Shown piece after piece: positions 50,501 to 58,802 of a DNA stretch of 64,000 bases (positions are counted from its first letter, which is position 1; each line of letters opens with the position of its first letter). A program made the position numbers and the translations under genes. This DNA comes from Rhodospirillaceae bacterium UBA4468 (lineage in GTDB: Bacteria; Pseudomonadota; Alphaproteobacteria; Rhodospirillales; Casp-alpha2), in the NCBI GenBank assembly GCA_002389385.1, contig DGOK01000054.1, positions 1,258 to 65,257 on the forward strand. Reading direction: 5' to 3'. Under the pieces are notes generated by a model. It was not told the origin of the DNA. It did no database searches and saw only the letters and a program-made list of their open reading frames with translations.

Positions 50501-52086
50501 TGCGTCATGCGACAGAAGGTTTGACGCTGATCAGCCCACCGCCGCATCACGACATTTACTCTATCGAAGACCTGGCACAGCTTATCTATGACTTAAAACA
50601 GATCAACCCTGATGCAAGCGTCTGCGTTAAGCTTGTTGCCCGCTCCGGCGTTGGCACCATCGCTGCGGGTGTCGCCAAAGCAAAAGCTGATGTCATTTTA
50701 ATATCGGGCCATGATGGCGGCACAGGTGCGAGCCCACAAAGCTCAATCAAATATGCAGGTATTCCATGGGAAATGGGGCTTTCTGAAGCTAACCAGGTCC
50801 TGACCCTGAACCGTTTGCGCCATAAAGTTAAACTCCGCGTCGATGGCGGTTTCAAAACTGGTCGTGACGTAGTGATGGCTGCAATGCTGGGCGCTGACGA
50901 ATTTGGTATCGGTACCGCGTCTCTGGTCGCAATGGGATGCATCATGGTGCGTCAATGCCATTCCAATACGTGTCCAGTTGGCGTCTGTACCCAAGATGAA
51001 GCGCTACGTAAAAAATTCACCGGCACACCTGAAAAAGTTGTGAACCTGTTCTCGTTTGTCGCCGAAGAGGTCAGTGAGATTCTGGCATCACTCGGATATG
51101 AAACATTACATGATATTACCGGTCGCTCAGATTTGTTGGCTCAGGTAAGCCGAGGTGCTTCGCACTTGGATGATCTTGATCTCAATCCGTTGTTGCAACA
51201 AGCCGATAGTGGTGGCTATCCACGTTACTATAACGGCGAAGGCCGCAATGAAGTTCCTGACTCATTGGATGCATTAATCATCAAAGACGCGATGCAAACT
51301 TTTGAGCATGGAGAGAAAATGCAACTCACCTATGCCATACGGAATACGGACCGCGCTGTCGGTGCCAGAACCAGTTCACTGATTACCCGCAAGTACGGTA
51401 TGTCGACACTTGATCATAATCACCTGACCGTTCGGCTTCGCGGTTCTGCCGGGCAATCCTTGGGCGCATTTGCCGTGCAAGGTTTGGCGCTCGAGGTTTT
51501 GGGGGATGCTAACGATTATGTTGGTAAGGGCCTGTCTGGCGGCACGATCGTTCTCCGCCCGCCTGTATCTAGCCCCTTGGAAAGCGAAAAGAATACAATC
51601 ATCGGCAACACAGTGCTTTATGGCGCAACCGCGGGGCGTTTATTTGCCGCGGGCCAAGCGGGTGAGCGGTTCTGTGTCAGAAACTCTGGTGCCACTGCTG
51701 TTGTCGAAGGTTGCGGCTCTAACGGGTGTGAATACATGACCGGGGGGATGGTTGTCATTCTAGGTGCTGTAGGCTCAAACTTTGGCGCAGGCATGACCGG
51801 CGGTATGGCCTTCATTTATGACACCGAAAATGCTTTTGATCATCAAGCCAATCCGGAAACGATAACTTGGAATCGCGTTGAAACTGAATACTGGCAGGAG
51901 GTGCTTAAAATTCAAATTCAGCAACATGTTAAGCGGACACATTCTAAGCACGCGTTACGATTGCTGAATGCCTGGGAGCGTAAATTACAAAACTTTGTAC
52001 AGGTTGTTCCCCATGAGATGCTTTCTAAGCTTGAGCATCCGGTGACATTAAAAGAAGAAGCCAACATGAAAACAGCGGGCGAATAG
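47533..52086 (+). CDS. gltB: glutamate synthase large subunit
   Basis: 1517 aa from the ATG at 47533. Ntn amidotransferase N-terminus …HASCGVGMIA, FMN/3Fe-4S central region, and a C-terminal GXGXG beta-helix domain. Confidence 0.97.
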   Translation: MSDKNIETGKEFVRNWQQNADHLEKTGMYNQDEEHASCGVGMIAAMDGTPSRRVVESGIEALKKIWHRGAVDADGKTGDGAGIHVQIPWEFVKEHIRYTGHEPGDSKIAVGMIFLPKADLGAQEVCRSIVETEVLRAGYSIYGWRQVPINVEVIGEKANASRPEIEQIMLSTSPDVTYEDFERDLYVVRRRIEQQVLNEHINDFYICSLSCRSVVYKGMFLAEQLTSFYPDLLDERFISNFAIYHQRYSTNTFPTWRLAQPFRMLAHNGEINTLTGNVKLMQSHEPKMASPLFGDNIEDLKPIIPKRSSDSEALDSVFELLCRAGRPAPMVKAMTIPESIAQNKTMPPEHEALFSYCNAVLEPWDGPAAICAHDGRWVIAGLDRNGLRPMRFVTTKDGLLVVGSEAGMVEIPESDITEKGRLGPGGMIGINLEDGKFYHDNELKSLIAKRGDFGKWVERTQILDELIKADDVKGSRLTREELRRRQHCFGLSMEDMEMILQPMIEGGKEATGSMGDDAPLAVLSDRHRGMHHFFRQAFSQVTNPPIDSLRERRVMSLKTRLGNLGNILEEEPTQCDLLQLESPVLSNTAFEAMKRYMGDTAAEVDCTFTPDGPNSLTNALIRIRQEAEAAVREGKTHLVLSDMNTGEGRAPVPMILAAGGVHTHLVREELRTFTSINVRSSECLDVHYFAVLIGVGSTTVNAYLAEEAIYDRQRRGLLGDISVEAAVENFKTAIDQGLLKIMSKMGIGVLSSYRGGYCFEAVGLSRALVAEFFPGMSSRISGIGLSGIKKNIAAMHKDAYQADAIPLPVGGFYKFRAGGERHGHDGKLIHVLQTAVGNESYTLYKKYAKGVQSREPIYLRDLLDFKPDRRSISVERVQSVTEIRKRLVAPGISLGALSVEAHETLSIAMNRIGAKSDSGEGGEDPARFQPRPNGDNPSSAIKQIASGRFGVTAEYLNNCREIEIKIAQGAKPGEGGQLPGFKVTSMIAKLRHATEGLTLISPPPHHDIYSIEDLAQLIYDLKQINPDASVCVKLVARSGVGTIAAGVAKAKADVILISGHDGGTGASPQSSIKYAGIPWEMGLSEANQVLTLNRLRHKVKLRVDGGFKTGRDVVMAAMLGADEFGIGTASLVAMGCIMVRQCHSNTCPVGVCTQDEALRKKFTGTPEKVVNLFSFVAEEVSEILASLGYETLHDITGRSDLLAQVSRGASHLDDLDLNPLLQQADSGGYPRYYNGEGRNEVPDSLDALIIKDAMQTFEHGEKMQLTYAIRNTDRAVGARTSSLITRKYGMSTLDHNHLTVRLRGSAGQSLGAFAVQGLALEVLGDANDYVGKGLSGGTIVLRPPVSSPLESEKNTIIGNTVLYGATAGRLFAAGQAGERFCVRNSGATAVVEGCGSNGCEYMTGGMVVILGAVGSNFGAGMTGGMAFIYDTENAFDHQANPETITWNRVETEYWQEVLKIQIQQHVKRTHSKHALRLLNAWERKLQNFVQVVPHEMLSKLEHPVTLKEEANMKTAGE

Positions 52087-52133
52087 ACACGATCAAGGTT
52101 TGCAAACTTTTAGTCTCGGCATAGAATCGCTGC

Positions 52134-52853
52134 ATGTCTAAACGCCCACTCATTGGTTTACTCTTGGATTACGAGCATCAAGGCTCGTTTTCTAAACGCC
52201 CACATTACGCAATCCGCACCGCATATTTTGATGCGATCTGGAAAGCAGGCGGCTTGCCTGTCGGTCTTCCTTATGTGGCAGAAGCACGGGCAGACTACCT
52301 GAACACGATTGATGGATTGATTGTCCCTGGTGGGTTCTATCCATTCCCACCTGAGATTTATAGCCTCCCGGCTGATGGTAGCCCCGTCCATCCACGTTTT
52401 GAGTTCGAGCAAACGCTCATGATCCAGGCGTTAGATAAAGACCTGCCAACACTTGGCGTTTGTGCAGGCCTACAAGTCATGGCTGTCGCTAGAGGCGCCA
52501 CGATTTGGTCAGATATTGCCAATCAATTGGATTGTGCCGTCGATCATTTGAATGAAAAACCCGCAGAAGAAGCTGCGCACGCGATAACTATTGAGCAAGG
52601 TACCAAGCTTTTCCGCATTGCCGGTGCCACAGAAATTTCAGTGAATACTGCACACAATGAAGCGCTGCGCGTTATTCCTGATGGGATCACGGTGAGTGCA
52701 CGCGCGCCCGATGGAATTGTTGAAGCCATAGAACTCCCCGACCGCCGCTTTGCAATTGGTGTTCAATGGCACCCTGAGTTCTTCTTGGATGATGGCGATC
52801 CGAATTTGGGTCTGTTTGAGGCATTGGTTCGCGCTGCCGGAGACGATCGTTGA
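52134..52853 (+). CDS. class I glutamine amidotransferase-like peptidase C26 (gamma-glutamyl-GABA hydrolase family)
   Basis: Nucleophile elbow GVCAGLQVM and VQWHPE histidine motif. Confidence 0.8.
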   Translation: MSKRPLIGLLLDYEHQGSFSKRPHYAIRTAYFDAIWKAGGLPVGLPYVAEARADYLNTIDGLIVPGGFYPFPPEIYSLPADGSPVHPRFEFEQTLMIQALDKDLPTLGVCAGLQVMAVARGATIWSDIANQLDCAVDHLNEKPAEEAAHAITIEQGTKLFRIAGATEISVNTAHNEALRVIPDGITVSARAPDGIVEAIELPDRRFAIGVQWHPEFFLDDGDPNLGLFEALVRAAGDDR

Positions 52854-53683
52854 GCGATAGCCCTGTTAATATTATTGGCGTTGCTGGCTGCGGCAATATG
52901 GGCCTTTCCATGGCAGAGAACCTTTTAGCTAATGGCTACGATGTATGGGGGTATGACATTCGTTCCATCAATGCGTCCGACGATTTCCAAAACCGGATGA
53001 TCAGTAATGCTCGCACGTTTGCATCGAAAGTTAATACCGTCATTTCGGTCGTGCGCGATATCGCTGAGACCAACGCCCTGCTGTTTGATGATCAGGCGAT
53101 CATGTGTAGCCCTAACTATCCTACATCACTCATCATTTCATCAACGTTATCACCTCGCTTTATCCATGACCTGAAAGATCGCATCCCTGATGATGTTGTG
53201 TTGATAGATGCCCCTATGTCAGGAACCTCTTACCGCGCAAAACTTGCCACGCTGACGTTTATGGTTGGTGGTGAGGCTGATCACGTTCAACGTTTGATGC
53301 CAATACTTGGCGTTATGGGATCGGATATTCATCACCTTGGCCCCGTTGGCGCCGGGGCTGCGTGTAAAGTCGCAAACAATCTTTGTGCCGCAGCTGGTAT
53401 GGTGGCTGTCAGGCGTGCACTTGCGGCAGCCAAAGGCTACGGGATACCGCAAGATAAGTTACTCGATGTTATGCGGACAAGTTCCGGCAGTACATGGTAC
53501 GGAGACAACTTTACTGACATCGACTGGGCACGTGAAGGTTATGCGCCAACCAATACTATGGGGATCGTCGAGAAAGACGTGAAGAGCTTCGTTGATGCCT
53601 TAGAGGGACTGGCTGGCATTGAGTCTGGTGCGCTAGAAGACACCATCATCGAAGAAATTCGCAAGCTGGAGCCTTTAATATGA
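52850..53683 (+). CDS. NAD(P)-dependent oxidoreductase, 3-hydroxyisobutyrate/6-phosphogluconate dehydrogenase-like
   Basis: N-terminal Rossmann motif GVAGCGNMG, DAPMSG, and GAGAACKVANN. Confidence 0.75.
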   Translation: MSDSPVNIIGVAGCGNMGLSMAENLLANGYDVWGYDIRSINASDDFQNRMISNARTFASKVNTVISVVRDIAETNALLFDDQAIMCSPNYPTSLIISSTLSPRFIHDLKDRIPDDVVLIDAPMSGTSYRAKLATLTFMVGGEADHVQRLMPILGVMGSDIHHLGPVGAGAACKVANNLCAAAGMVAVRRALAAAKGYGIPQDKLLDVMRTSSGSTWYGDNFTDIDWAREGYAPTNTMGIVEKDVKSFVDALEGLAGIESGALEDTIIEEIRKLEPLI

Positions 53684-54072
53684 GCGACCATTCATCTTCA
53701 TCAAACTATTTGGTGGCAGCGGCTGCATTGTCTGCATTGATTGGCGTTGCCGTCGGCGGATACGGTGCGCATGGTCTGAACGCCAACGAGAGCCTGACGA
53801 GCATGTGGGAGACTGGCGTTACCTATCAAATTTGGCACGCGTTAGGTGCCTTTGCAGCAAGCTGGCTTGCATCTACACGCGAAGCGCATACAAGAAAAAT
53901 TGTGACGGCTGGTGGATGGTGTCTTGTTCTTGGGTCTCTGAGTTTCTCCGGATCGTTATACTTTTTTATAATCGATAGTATCTTTCCATTTCCAATGCTC
54001 GCTCCAATCGGCGGAACTGTGATGATGCTTGGATGGGGTGGCATTGTGTATGGCGCACTCCGACGTCGATGA
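53680..54072 (+). CDS. DUF423-family small membrane protein
   Basis: 130 aa, four TM helices, GGYGAHGL and QIWHALG motifs. Confidence 0.7.
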   Translation: MSDHSSSSNYLVAAAALSALIGVAVGGYGAHGLNANESLTSMWETGVTYQIWHALGAFAASWLASTREAHTRKIVTAGGWCLVLGSLSFSGSLYFFIIDSIFPFPMLAPIGGTVMMLGWGGIVYGALRRR

Positions 54073-54195
54073 TTTTACTCGAGGATTATTGCTAAATCCG
54101 TAGACGCGTTTTTCTCCTTCTCGACGCAGGGCACGAACAAGTCCAATGTCTAAGGTCGTTGACTGTGTTCTAATTGGACTTTTTCTCTGAACGAT

Positions 54196-55086
54196 TTGGC
54201 TGTGATGGTTGAATCAATGCCCGGTGTTTATGACGCGCATAAAACACTCTTTGATCGCTTTGAAATTTTTTCCATCATCTTTTTTAAAATTGAGTATTTG
54301 TTCCACGTTTGGTCTTCTGTCGAAAGTCATAACCCACGCTTTAAGTCCTCAATCAAAGGTCGCCTTCGCTACATGCTCACACCGCTGGCATTGATCGATC
54401 TTATCGTCATCTTACCCTTTTACGTGAGCGCACTCGTCGGTGTGGACTTGAGAATGCTCCTTGCTCTACGTCTTTTAAGGGTCTTTAGACTGACCCGTTA
54501 TGCAAAGTCGATGAACATGCTTCTACAAGTACTTCGCGATGAAGCCCCGATTATTTCTTCAGCTTTGTTTGTCTTATTGATGCTGATTTCTGTTGCCGCC
54601 AGCATCACATACCTGGCCGAGCATGAGGCACAGCCCGAGGCGTTTGCATCGATCCCCCATGCACTCTGGTGGGCCGCCGTCACAATGACGACCATTGGTT
54701 ATGGCGACGTTGTGCCTGTGACGCTTATCGGGCGCATTTGCGCAGCTGCGATTGGTATTGTCAGTGTGGGAATGGTTGCCTTACCTGCGGGTATCCTGGC
54801 ATCCGGCTTTAACGAGGCCCTACATAAACGTCGCAAGCAATATGAAGATGTCGTCGACACCGCACTCCAGGATGGCGTCATTGATCCAAACGATCATGAA
54901 CAACTTCGTATCGTACAAGAAGAGCTGGGGCTATCTGCTCATGAAGCCGCAAACATGCTCAAAGCTGGTTACCGTAAAATATCTACAGGCACGGAGATTT
55001 GCGGACATTGTGGCAAAACAGTTTTACGTCCGAAAGACCCCGATGACAGTGGTGGCACTAGTCATCGAGTTTCCAAGTTCGACTAG
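54196..55086 (+). CDS. voltage-sensor-type K+ channel (ion transport family); N-terminus possibly frameshifted
   Basis: S4-like LRLLRVFRLTRYAK, selectivity filter TTIGYGD, inner helix, and a cytoplasmic tail. The predicted S1 helix is split between two frames (see finding). Confidence 0.8.
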   Translation: MAVMVESMPGVYDAHKTLFDRFEIFSIIFFKIEYLFHVWSSVESHNPRFKSSIKGRLRYMLTPLALIDLIVILPFYVSALVGVDLRMLLALRLLRVFRLTRYAKSMNMLLQVLRDEAPIISSALFVLLMLISVAASITYLAEHEAQPEAFASIPHALWWAAVTMTTIGYGDVVPVTLIGRICAAAIGIVSVGMVALPAGILASGFNEALHKRRKQYEDVVDTALQDGVIDPNDHEQLRIVQEELGLSAHEAANMLKAGYRKISTGTEICGHCGKTVLRPKDPDDSGGTSHRVSKFD

Positions 55087-55577
55087 GCAACGGCGCACAA
55101 TACTGTTTCTCGCATATCAGGGGTTACCGAATTACGCGGTTTGGCAATTTCAAGACCACCTGCTTTAAAAGCACGCCCTATTTCTCCTGCAACTGCGAGT
55201 ACCGTGCCATGACACGGTGTCGGCAAAAGCCACGACGCAATAGCATTTGCATGCGGCTGTCGGTCGTGGAGAACAGCGCCTATCAACGCCAACAAAGCGC
55301 GTTCATCCGCCGTAGCACCTTTGCTTCCCGGATGCATCAAATAAAACGTCCGTCGTGCATGCAGCCCAAGAACATGAGCCAACAATTTCACACCCTTACT
55401 CGCGCGATCCGCATGCGGCGATCCAAATTCACGCGCCATCAGTCCGCGTAAGTACGTGTAGTTTTCAGAGCTTTGCGACCATAGCCGAAAACAATCCAAT
55501 AATAACGATTCCGTACGGCAGAAACGGGTTTCATTTGATTTTAAAGGACTTACGTAAGCTCGTTTTTTGATTGCCAT
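55083..55577 (-). CDS. hypothetical protein (164 aa), candidate Fur-regulated gene
   Basis: ATG at 55577 preceded by GGGAGA. No recognisable domain. A Fur-box-like site lies 54-72 nt upstream. Confidence 0.5.
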   Translation of the reverse strand: MAIKKRAYVSPLKSNETRFCRTESLLLDCFRLWSQSSENYTYLRGLMAREFGSPHADRASKGVKLLAHVLGLHARRTFYLMHPGSKGATADERALLALIGAVLHDRQPHANAIASWLLPTPCHGTVLAVAGEIGRAFKAGGLEIAKPRNSVTPDMRETVLCAVA

Positions 55578-55630
55578 AAAGGATCTCCCTGATTGAACGT
55601 TCAAAAGAAATACCACAACATTTTACAAAT

Positions 55631-55649
55631 GCAAATGATAATCATTATT
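55631..55649. promoter_or_regulatory. Fur-box-like operator
   Basis: GCAAATGATAATCATTATT matches the 19-bp consensus GATAATGATAATCATTATC at 16 of 19 positions. It sits between the folC stop and the 55083..55577 gene, adjacent to a TAAAAT -10-like hexamer on the minus strand. Confidence 0.5.
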
Positions 55650-55661
55650 AATAACTATTAT

Positions 55662-56987
55662 TTATTGATGATCCTTGAGGATCTTTCCGGCGAAGTAGAG
55701 CGATCCACAAATCAATATCCGGGAACTTTTGAACTGATCCTCTGCTATTTTTTTGACCGCCGACAACGCATCATCGGCAACATCAACCTTCAATCCAACA
55801 GACAGCGCAATATCTCTTAGGTCAGTGGCTTGAATGGCTGCGGCTTCATCCGGGATCGTGACACAGTGAACACTCGCCGCGATCTCAGAAAACGCGCGGA
55901 AGTATCCTTCCGGTTCTTTACTGTTAATCATTCCAACAACAAGATGGAGCGGTTGGTCCTGCCAAACGGCGCGTCCATGATCTGCAATAATCTCACCTGC
56001 TGCTGGGTTGTGGCCACCATCCAACCAAACGTCCCAACTTTCAGGCACCGCATCGATAATCGGGCCACGTCGTAATTGTTGCATACGTGCTGGCCATTCG
56101 ACGGCGCGAAATCCTGCCTCTATATGTGCCGTTGAAATATCAAACTCGCTCAAGCTTCTCGCCATCACCGCAGCCTGCGCTGCATTCATAATTTGATGTG
56201 CACCAGGCAAAGCAGGTTTTGGTAAGATAAGTTGCTCACCATGATGTTCAAGAATGATCTGGCCATCTTCTTCGTGTGCTCGCCAGTTCACGCCACATTC
56301 AATCAATGGCGCTTCTTTGGCGTCTGTGTGACCAACAATGACATCCATCACCTCTGAACGTTGCGGACCAACAACGCAAGGAACCCCCGGTTTTATAATG
56401 CCCGCCTTTTCCGTCATGATTTTAGCAAGCGTATCGCCTAGAAATTGCTGATGGTCGAGCGATACCGGTGTAATTCCTGTTAAAGCGGGCTTGGGCACAA
56501 CGTTCGTCGCATCTAAGCGTCCGCCCAATCCATTTTCTAAAAGTACGATATCAGCCGGGACACGCGAGAACGCAATGAATGCAGCCGCCGTCGTGATTTC
56601 AAAAAACGTTATCGGTAGGCCATCGTTCGCAATCTCACATTCGGCCAACATCTCTTGTAGATACGCTTCATCAATCAGCTTACCTGCCAGACGAATCCGT
56701 TCATGAAAATCTACGAGATGAGGCGATGTATAGACATGAACCCGAAGCCCGGCAGCTTCCAAGATTGCACGGAGGAATGCCAGCGTTGAGCCTTTCCCGT
56801 TCGTACCAGTTACATGCACAACAGGCGGCAATGCCCGTTCGGGATGACCAAGAGCAGCCAGAAGCCGCTCCATTCGGCCCAAGGATAAATCAACAAGTTT
56901 TGGGTGGAGGGATAAGAGACGCTCTAGCGTCGACTCACTTTTTGCTCTCGTCACGGCTTTCAATGCCGTCCTTTTTACTGTCCGCAT
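55662..56987 (-). CDS. folC: bifunctional folylpolyglutamate synthase / dihydrofolate synthase
   Basis: P-loop VTGTNGKGST and Mur-ligase-like domains. The start may be an internal GTG (about 56954), because the ATG start overlaps accD by 53 nt. Confidence 0.9.
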   Translation of the reverse strand: MRTVKRTALKAVTRAKSESTLERLLSLHPKLVDLSLGRMERLLAALGHPERALPPVVHVTGTNGKGSTLAFLRAILEAAGLRVHVYTSPHLVDFHERIRLAGKLIDEAYLQEMLAECEIANDGLPITFFEITTAAAFIAFSRVPADIVLLENGLGGRLDATNVVPKPALTGITPVSLDHQQFLGDTLAKIMTEKAGIIKPGVPCVVGPQRSEVMDVIVGHTDAKEAPLIECGVNWRAHEEDGQIILEHHGEQLILPKPALPGAHQIMNAAQAAVMARSLSEFDISTAHIEAGFRAVEWPARMQQLRRGPIIDAVPESWDVWLDGGHNPAAGEIIADHGRAVWQDQPLHLVVGMINSKEPEGYFRAFSEIAASVHCVTIPDEAAAIQATDLRDIALSVGLKVDVADDALSAVKKIAEDQFKSSRILICGSLYFAGKILKDHQ

Positions 56988-57939
56988 CAGATTTTATTTC
57001 TGCGTTGGTCACAGTGACCGGCGGAAGAATTTCAGCTTCGACAATGGCGGTGCTTTTCGTCGTCACCGTCATAGGCTTTGTTGCTTTACTGGTGACCATC
57101 AGTAAATCGATGACCTTCGCCAATTCCGCCTGCAAGTTCTTACGCGGCACGACCATATCGATCATACCATGTTCAAGAAGATACTCTGCGCGCTGGAACC
57201 CCTCAGGCAAGGTTTCGCGGATTGTTTGTTCGATGACGCGCTGTCCGGCAAATCCGATCACAGCACCCGGTTCAGAAATATGTATGTCCCCCAACATTGC
57301 GAGAGATGCACTCACACCACCGGTTGTTGGATCACATAAAATCACGATGTAAGGCAAACCAGCTTCGCGCACTTCTTCGACGGCAATTGTGGTTCTGGCT
57401 AGCTGCATGAGCGAATGAATGCCCTCTTGCATGCGTGCGCCACCAGATGACGTCAACACGACCAATGGCGCATGCTGTTTCACAGCAAGACGCGCGGCCT
57501 TAATAACCCCATCACCAACAGCCAACCCCATCGAGCCACCCATAAAGGCGAAATCGAAAGCAGCCATAACCGTTTGCGCACCACTAACTTTGCCATGCGC
57601 AACCATGATCGCATCATTGCTTTTAGTTTTGGCTTTAGATTCTTTAAGACGCTCCGTATAGCGCTTAACGTCCCTGAATTTGAGGGGGTCCGTAATCGGC
57701 GCTTCAACCTCAACCTTCTCAAACACGCCATCATCAAACAACATTTCAAGGCGCTCATTCGCACCTAAGCGCATGTGATGATCACAGTGCTGACAGACTT
57801 TTAAATTTTTAGCGAGATCGCGATGGAAGATCATCTGCCCGCAATCAGGACACTTATACCAGAGGTTATCTGGGACTTCTTTGCTGCCACCAACTAGCTT
57901 TTGAAGCTTAGGGCGAACGAAGTTTGCAATCCAACTCAA
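56935..57939 (-). CDS. accD: acetyl-CoA carboxylase carboxyltransferase beta subunit
   Basis: TTG start overlapping the trpA stop. Zinc ribbon CPDCGQ…CQHCDHH and GGSMG carboxyltransferase core. About 50-aa low-complexity C-terminal tail. Confidence 0.95.
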   Translation of the reverse strand: MSWIANFVRPKLQKLVGGSKEVPDNLWYKCPDCGQMIFHRDLAKNLKVCQHCDHHMRLGANERLEMLFDDGVFEKVEVEAPITDPLKFRDVKRYTERLKESKAKTKSNDAIMVAHGKVSGAQTVMAAFDFAFMGGSMGLAVGDGVIKAARLAVKQHAPLVVLTSSGGARMQEGIHSLMQLARTTIAVEEVREAGLPYIVILCDPTTGGVSASLAMLGDIHISEPGAVIGFAGQRVIEQTIRETLPEGFQRAEYLLEHGMIDMVVPRKNLQAELAKVIDLLMVTSKATKPMTVTTKSTAIVEAEILPPVTVTNAEIKSDADSKKDGIESRDESKK

Positions 57940-58802
57940 GAGACGGTCTCCGTCTTCTTTACACTGCGCACACCAACGGCGAGTGCTTTCACAAGGTCGA
58001 GCACCGCATCAACGGTGCCTGGTCCTGGCTTATTGTTGTCATCAAAGTTTGCAGTGATCTGGTCAACCAACGCCGACCCAACAACCGCTGCATCTGCAAC
58101 GGCTGCAATACCTGCAGCTTGTTCAGGTGTACGAATACCAAAACCAACCGCAACCGGCAGATCAGTCTGCGCGCGAATACGCCCAACGTGTGCAGCAACA
58201 TCCGTTGTCTTTGCTGAACTCGTGCCTGTAATTCCAGTGATCGATACGAAATAAACGAACCCGCTGGCATGGTCCAATACCCGCGGCAATCTGGCATCTG
58301 TTGTTGTTGGTGCTGTCAGATAAATGAAATTGATCCCCGCTTTTAAAGCCGGCAAACACAACTCGCCTTCTTCTTCCGGGGGCAGATCAACAACGATAAG
58401 TCCATCAACGCCTGCTTTTTTGGCATCAGCCAAAAACGTGTCGACGCCATAAATATAGATCGGATTATAATATCCCATCAAAACGATGGGCGTCTCGTCG
58501 TCTTTCTTACGAAATTCAGCAACGATGCCCAAAGTTTTGCGAAGCGTCATGCCCGCCTTGATCGCACGTAATGAACTGGCCTGAATAGCAGGGCCATCAG
58601 CCATCGGGTCTGAAAACGGCACGCCGATTTCAATCAAGTCCGCACCAGCTTCAGCAATCCCATCAAGGATTTTAACCGATGTTTCGAGGTCGGGATCGCC
58701 CGCCGTCGTAAATGTCACGAGACCCGCCCGGCCTTCGGCACGGAGCTTCTCGAAGCGTTTGGCGATACGTGTTTCTGGGTTTTTCGTCATCATACCACTC
58801 AC
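57936..58802 (-). CDS. trpA: tryptophan synthase alpha chain
   Basis: [19 protein letters not shown], and the GFGI phosphate loop. GTG overlaps the trpB stop (GTGA). Confidence 0.95.
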   Translation of the reverse strand: MSGMMTKNPETRIAKRFEKLRAEGRAGLVTFTTAGDPDLETSVKILDGIAEAGADLIEIGVPFSDPMADGPAIQASSLRAIKAGMTLRKTLGIVAEFRKKDDETPIVLMGYYNPIYIYGVDTFLADAKKAGVDGLIVVDLPPEEEGELCLPALKAGINFIYLTAPTTTDARLPRVLDHASGFVYFVSITGITGTSSAKTTDVAAHVGRIRAQTDLPVAVGFGIRTPEQAAGIAAVADAAVVGSALVDQITANFDDNNKPGPGTVDAVLDLVKALAVGVRSVKKTETVS

